Of a DNA stretch of 64,000 bases, positions 58,629 through 64,000 are shown in pieces; position 1 is the stretch's first letter; each line of letters begins with the position of its first letter. A model generated the notes under the pieces. That model worked only from the letters and a program-made list of their open reading frames with translations. It searched no databases and was not told where the DNA came from. The position numbers were made by a program, and so were the translations under genes. Origin of the DNA: Phyllosticta citribraziliensis. Lineage: Eukaryota. Where the stretch lies: contig NW_027117338.1 of NCBI RefSeq assembly GCF_038025025.1, positions 3,224,001 through 3,288,000 of the forward strand, given 5' to 3'.

Positions 58629-59894
58629 GTGGTTCCTGGCTCTTCGCGCCGTATAAAGCGCTCTTTTGTTGCGGTTCTGGCAGTCGACGTCCAGGGCACC
58701 GCGCAGGCGTTATGCTAGGGGCGCCAATTTCCTGGAGAACCTGACTGTGCTGGCTCTGTTCTGTGGACGGATGGCTTTTCACTTGCGTCTTTTTCTGTCT
58801 GCTTTTGACGCTCGTTGGTTGCTCGTCAGTGTTGGTGGAAGAGCATGCTCATCGTTACTTGGTCATGCTGGTAAGTGGCACTCTTTAATAGCACGTAATT
58901 CACTTACAGACTGATTCCCGGGCTGACAAAGCGGTGTTCCATCCTCCAAGCAGTCGTTCTTCGTTACAGAACCCAAGACGAAGCCCAAAGTCGGATTGGG
59001 GTTCCTTTGTCGAAGCAAGAGAAGTCGGGCTGCGTTGTAGAGCGCCAGTCCAACGCAACTGGTGGCCCTTTTTATACAGGGAGAGGTCGAGGGAGTGTTG
59101 TGCCGTAGACACAGGAGACGCGACAGACAGTCATGTGCTTAGCCTCGACGGCCTGTGACCGGGAGTCAATCTACTGGTGTAAAAGACGCTCAATTTCCGG
59201 ACTCAGTTTTGATTAATCTAACAGAGACTGACTGCCCTGAAAGACGGCGGAGCATTGCTGATGATGACTCACTTTTGGAAGAGTGGCGAGAGAGATCGAA
59301 ATTTTGGTTGCTTTGTTTTCCGCGTTCTGCCTGCTCGACGATCTCATAAGCATTGGTGCTTTGGAAGGGCAACTCCCTCCATATTATGATGGTGATGATG
59401 CAAAATTCCGGCGTCTTGAGTCGGGGAAAAGCAAGAGGCGTCTGCGGAGGGACAAATTCAAGAAGCTGAAAGAAAAGGAGGGAGGGAGGGGAATGGCAAG
59501 GCAGCGACATCAACCGCGCGCTTCAAAAGTCGACAAGAAAGTGGGGTTCAAGAGCCGAAACTCCTCACCCAAGGCAATAAGAAGCCCAACAGTTGAGTTG
59601 GTGTTCAACGTCGAGTCGGGAGAGCGAGAGATTTCTAACCCCGTCTTTTTTGCGGCGCGGAGACTGCTTCATCCTGCGCCACCAACTAGACAACTCCAAC
59701 AGTCATCTTTGACGAAGGACGCCGCGAGAAATGAGCCTCTGATGCATTAGAATGTGTGTTGCACGTCGCGCTCGACACGCCACCAACGGCTGCGCGATTC
59801 TGGGAGCGCTTCACTCGAGGATATAGAGAAGCGCTTCCAGGAAGGCTACTCTCGTCACCTCCCTCCAGAGCACTTTCCAAATCGCAGCAACAAG

Positions 59895-60460
59895 ATGTCG
59901 CATCTACTACTTCCTCTCATTTCCGCAGCAGTCGTGGGTCTTTGCGCTTGGATTGCCCTCAAGCTTGTACTGCCTCCACGGGTCCTTGTTCCAAAAAAGC
60001 CCTCGATTACCATTAAACACGCAGACAGAATCTCGGACCCAGGGCGGCGAGATTTCGTAATCCAGATGGTTCAGCGCGCTGTCCAAGATCCTACACTATC
60101 ATTATTCACCAGCGCCACAATGCTGTAAGTGCAAAATTCTGCGCCTCCTTGTCCTTGCAATTCGAGCGAGCTTGCTGAGAAGTGCGCAGTAGCAAACCAC
60201 TCCAGTACGATCCGGACCTCAAGCGCACGTACATTGTTGCCATTCTGCAGACCGAAGACGACGAGAGGGACAACACCTGCTCGGAGCTCGAAATTCACTA
60301 CTCCAACCGTCCCGTGGGGAATGGGAATGTGTGGGCAATAATGACCGGTTGGGGCGTGAACCCAAAGGGGGACTTCGAGGAGAATCTGGTGACTGAGGCC
60401 AACGAAGATCCGGTGTTTGAGGCCAGAGAGATTCGCGGCAAGAATGTGGAGGGGGACTAG
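59895..60460 (+). CDS. Small hypothetical protein with N-terminal hydrophobic/TM segment (~166 aa); intron 60125-60189
   Basis: MSHLLLPLISAAVVGLCAWIALKLVL. The GTAAGT...GCTGAG...CAG intron joins ORFs 59754 and 60182 in frame. Confidence 0.65.
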
Positions 60461-61192
60461 CGACCTTGTCAACACACTATTCTCTATGAGAAGGAAGAAG
60501 CACGAAATTGCTACACAAATGTCGCCGTTTCAAGGCATCCGTGGTGAAAGTTGAAGTGGAATGGGTTTCCGACGGCTCAGGGGTTTGCGCCGGGTTGCTT
60601 TGTCGCACGGCGCAAACATCACAGTTCGGAGGAGGACAAAGCTGGGCTGCACAATGCAAATAAAGGATGATTTGAATAGAGCCCTGGAAAATGTTTTGCG
60701 CGTTTCGGAGTGGTGACAGGAGTCGGTGAGCTTGAGTTGTTGGAGTAATGGCTGGTCGTTTTGTTTGCCCTGGCTCTTTTCTCCGTCTTTCCATGTTTGA
60801 TGCCGATTTTGAGTTTTGCCGTCCTGCTCGCCGCTTCACGCCAGAGATTTTGGTGCCTCTGTTGTTTTTCCTCGCTGCGCGGCGTTTTGGTGTTGCATCT
60901 CCTGCTCGTTTCTCTTGCGGTCGAGCTTTGAGCCCCTTTTCGTCGGTCTGTGTCTGGAGCCGTCGTCACTCCCAGCTCGATGCTCGCACCGTAAGTGCTT
61001 TTTTCTCTGGCGAGGCGTAAGACCTGATTCTTGACCGGCGGCGGTCGATTTTGGGCAGTCACGTGGGGAAATAGGCCCACGGCAGCAGGTGACTGGTCGA
61101 CGCTTTGCGCCCGCACAACACCTCGACAACAAACTCTGCTTCTGGGTCGCCAACTCCAAACGATTTCCTCGTCTTGGCTTCTTGTCGGCATC

Positions 61193-62649
61193 ATGGCTTC
61201 CAGTCATGCAGAAGAAATGGCGCGTCGCTGCACTGGCGGCAAAGCTCCTCGACTGGCTCAACACTTCTACCGACACGTTCGCGACTCAGATGGCCATCTC
61301 ACTTTGAGATACTGGTCGGGCGCCGAAAGCAGTCTTGCACCTCTCTACTCCTTTCAGGTATGACCACTCCCGAGCTTATCATGTCTCAACACATACTGAT
61401 CATACAGTTTTACGTCACCTACGACATGTCCGGGGCTGCCAATTCTGAGCTGGAGGCTCTCGCGCGCGAGCTGATGTGCAGAATTCCGGATGGCACATGG
61501 GACCCGGGTGCCATTCATGCCCGTCTGGACGTCCATTTCCTCGGTTGTGGCGCCAGCACAGAGGATTGTGTCGCACACTACCGCCGCTTCAAGGACAATC
61601 CACCCGACGGTCCGTCGATGCGAATCATTCCTTCTTACTTTTCCGAGTCCTACTGCCACCACCACTGTCTCTTCTTCAAAATCGAGGATCCCAATTGGAA
61701 GGACGATGAAATCGGCTTGAAGAGGGTAGAATTTGATCATAAGGAGTCTGGTCGACCCGATGCGGAGGAGGAAAATATCACAACTGGCGAGGCAGCTGTG
61801 CTCTGTGGTAACGTGTACCTCATGCCACACCACGATGGCAACTTCAGAGATGAATGCGAGGGCCTTTATCAAGCAGCGGTAAAGGCTGGCTTGAATGAAT
61901 GGACTTCCGATCCCTTCTCCAGGCCTGTCAATCTCATGGACACCAGCCCCGTCGACGTCATGGCTTCGCCTGCCGCCCTGCCTCCTCGTCAGATCAACCT
62001 CGACCGTCACTTTCGCTACCTTCAAGCCCATGATGGCCATTTGGTTTTGAGTGTCTGGGCCGGCTGCAGTCTTCCACCTCTGTACTCGTTCCAGGTATTT
62101 CTCGTCCGAATTTTCTTGTGCCCGGGCTGATTGGTGTAGTTCTACGTCACGTACGACCTTTCTGGAGTGGAAAATTCCGGCTTCGAAGCACTTGCCCGGC
62201 GACTTCACGAAAGGATTCTGGATGACGACATGGCTTCAAAGCCAATTCGCTTCGACGTGCACCTCGTTGGACCGCAAGCCACGATCGAAGACTGCATCGC
62301 GCTCTACCGCCATTCCAAGGAAAACCCCCCTAGTGACCCATCAGCTCGCGTCGTGGCTTCATACAATCGCGACGACGATTGGAGCTACCACTCTCACCTC
62401 TTGATAATCTCGAAGACCAAATGGGAGGACCGCGTCGGGGGAGGAATGCGCCGAGTTTCTTTTGACCCCGTGGAGTCCAAGCGTGTCGCGAACCATCGTC
62501 CGACGCTCAAGCGTTGGAGCGTACTTTACGAGGTGAGTGGATTCTGCAAGGATGTATATGAGTCTGTGGGTACGCCGGCGGGGTGCATCAGGGAGGAACG
62601 TGAGGCTGCTTATGACGCGGCAAAGGAGAAGGGCTTGACTGAGTGGTGA
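61193..62649 (+). CDS. Unknown-function protein with two tandem copies of a ~210-aa domain (~453 aa); exons 61193-61357, 61408-62094, 62140-62649
   Basis: Both halves contain DGH..L..W.G..SL.PLYSFQ|FYVTYD.SG...EALAR.L...R.DVH...EDC.A.YR..K.NPP..PS.R...SY...RV.FD...Y.AA...GL.EW. Canonical phase-0 introns keep the frame. Confidence 0.85.
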
Positions 62650-62955
62650 AGAGGCCACACGGACGATCATGGAGAAGTCGAATTCTTGGATTTGGCTGGA
62701 TGGTAGAAGAACTTGCGGGCTTTCATGGTGCAATGGAGGCACGTTTTCCATAAATGAATGAGATACCATATACACGGAAAAGACGGAGCTCTTCGCACTG
62801 CCGTCATCATCCTCCCCTGGCTCGACACGCGGGAATTTGAGCTTTTCGGCGGTCAGTTGCTTGCGCCCCCTCTAAAAGCCTGCCCAACGTCAAACTCCAA
62901 CCAACCTTCATCATATCTTGCGCGCAACACTTGAACGTTGAAGTCAACCAACGCC

Positions 62956-63653
62956 ATGCCTTCCCGCTCTGGAGCGAAGCGTCGCAAGGTTACGGCCTCG
63001 GCCCCAGTCCGCCTGCTCGACTTTTATCGACACTACGAGGATCATGACAGATATCCTAGCCTGAGCTACTGGTGTGGCAAATGTAGCCTTCCACCTCTCT
63101 TCTCGTTCCAGGTATGAAATTTGCTCTGCATGACCTACCTCTCGAGTTGTACTAATGCGACCAGGTTTACGTTACGTACGATGTCTCTGCAGCCGAGAAA
63201 TCTGACCTGGAGGCACTTGCAAAGAAGTTACATCAAACTCTCCTGGTAAGCAATTTGGATACGAGCCTGGTTCGTCTCGACCTCCACTTCCTTGAACCGA
63301 ACGCCAGCACCGAGAACTGTGCGGCGCACTACAACCGCGGCAAGGTCTTTCCCTTCGATGACCCATCGCTGCGCATCATTCCCTCTTACGTCTCTCCGGG
63401 CTACCATCGTTGGAACTCGTACTTCTTCAAGATCTTGGGTCCGGACTGGGAGCGTGATGGCGCAAAGTTGACGAGCGTGTCTTTCGACTCAGAGTCCTCC
63501 GATGCCGCCACGGATGGCTTTCCATTTCTTGAGGAGCCCACAAGCATCGACGCGGCAAAAGAGACTTCTGTTTACTTCTGCGGATCTGCGGATGCCAAAG
63601 ACTGCGAGGTGGTCTATGAACTAGCCGAAGCCGCGGGCTTGACCGAATGGTGA
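62956..63653 (+). CDS. Single-domain paralog of the same unknown family (~214 aa); exons 62956-63111, 63165-63653
   Basis: MPSRSGAKRRKVTASAPVRLLDFYRHYEDHDRYPSLSYWCGKCSLPPLFSFQ|VYVTYDVS...LEALAKKL...RLDLHFL...TENCAAHY...PSLRIIPSY...GLTEW*. Confidence 0.85.
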
Positions 63654-64000
63654 ATACAAACGCTTTCTCAAGACAACGCGGTCATCGTTTCTAGCAAAAT
63701 GTGGAGTGTTCAAGGGCAAGTAGCATGTCACTGGCCGAGGGAAGGTGTTTAAGACGCTTGCGGAGCATTCAAGCCCAGATTTCACTGGTCGATAGAAGGA
63801 GTTTGTGTGTGAATGGAGCATCCGAACTTGGTGCTTTGCGGGCATTTGAGGAGCATTCAGGCGCGGATTTTGCAGGTCAATTCAGAAGAATTCTCATGGA
63901 GTATTGAGACGTGCGGAATTCACTGTGACAGAGTAGCATGCACGAGGCGGATAGAACCATCACTTTCATTGAAGTGTGTCGCTGGTATACCTCGGACCGT

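Noticed and set aside
59283..59750. 155-aa basic ORF
   Set aside because: Non-ATG start, no recognisable domain or splice support.

Overview
Gene-dense, intron-containing genomic DNA from a filamentous ascomycete. The short GT-AG introns with CTRAC branch points, GC-rich codons and microsatellite-rich intergenic DNA suggest a Dothideomycete (inference). About 27 protein-coding loci are recognisable. Housekeeping genes include M18 aminopeptidase, acyl-CoA dehydrogenase, a QTRT2-like queuine tRNA-ribosyltransferase subunit, TFIIIC tau95, PP2A-B56, ELO elongase, COX6, ADE6, TRM61, CysRS, a GT15 mannosyltransferase and a GCP5-like protein. There are two secreted CAZymes (GH55, GH28 rhamnogalacturonase). 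Accessory islands are: (i) three tandem Bys1/CalA-like small secreted proteins at 6.0-8.7 kb; (ii) a caspase-fold protein lacking the catalytic His; (iii) a DEDDy exonuclease with an internal 144-bp duplication plus BRCT- and HRDC-like modules; (iv) a convergent pair of F-box-like paralogs, one with a broken 5' end and the other bracketed by a direct repeat shared with the TRM61 3' flank; (v) at 61.2-63.7 kb, three copies of an unrecognised ~210-aa domain, each with an intron at the same position, two fused in one ORF. No rRNA, tRNA, CRISPR or intact transposon was seen. Exon coordinates were read by eye and family assignments come from motif recall, not database searches.
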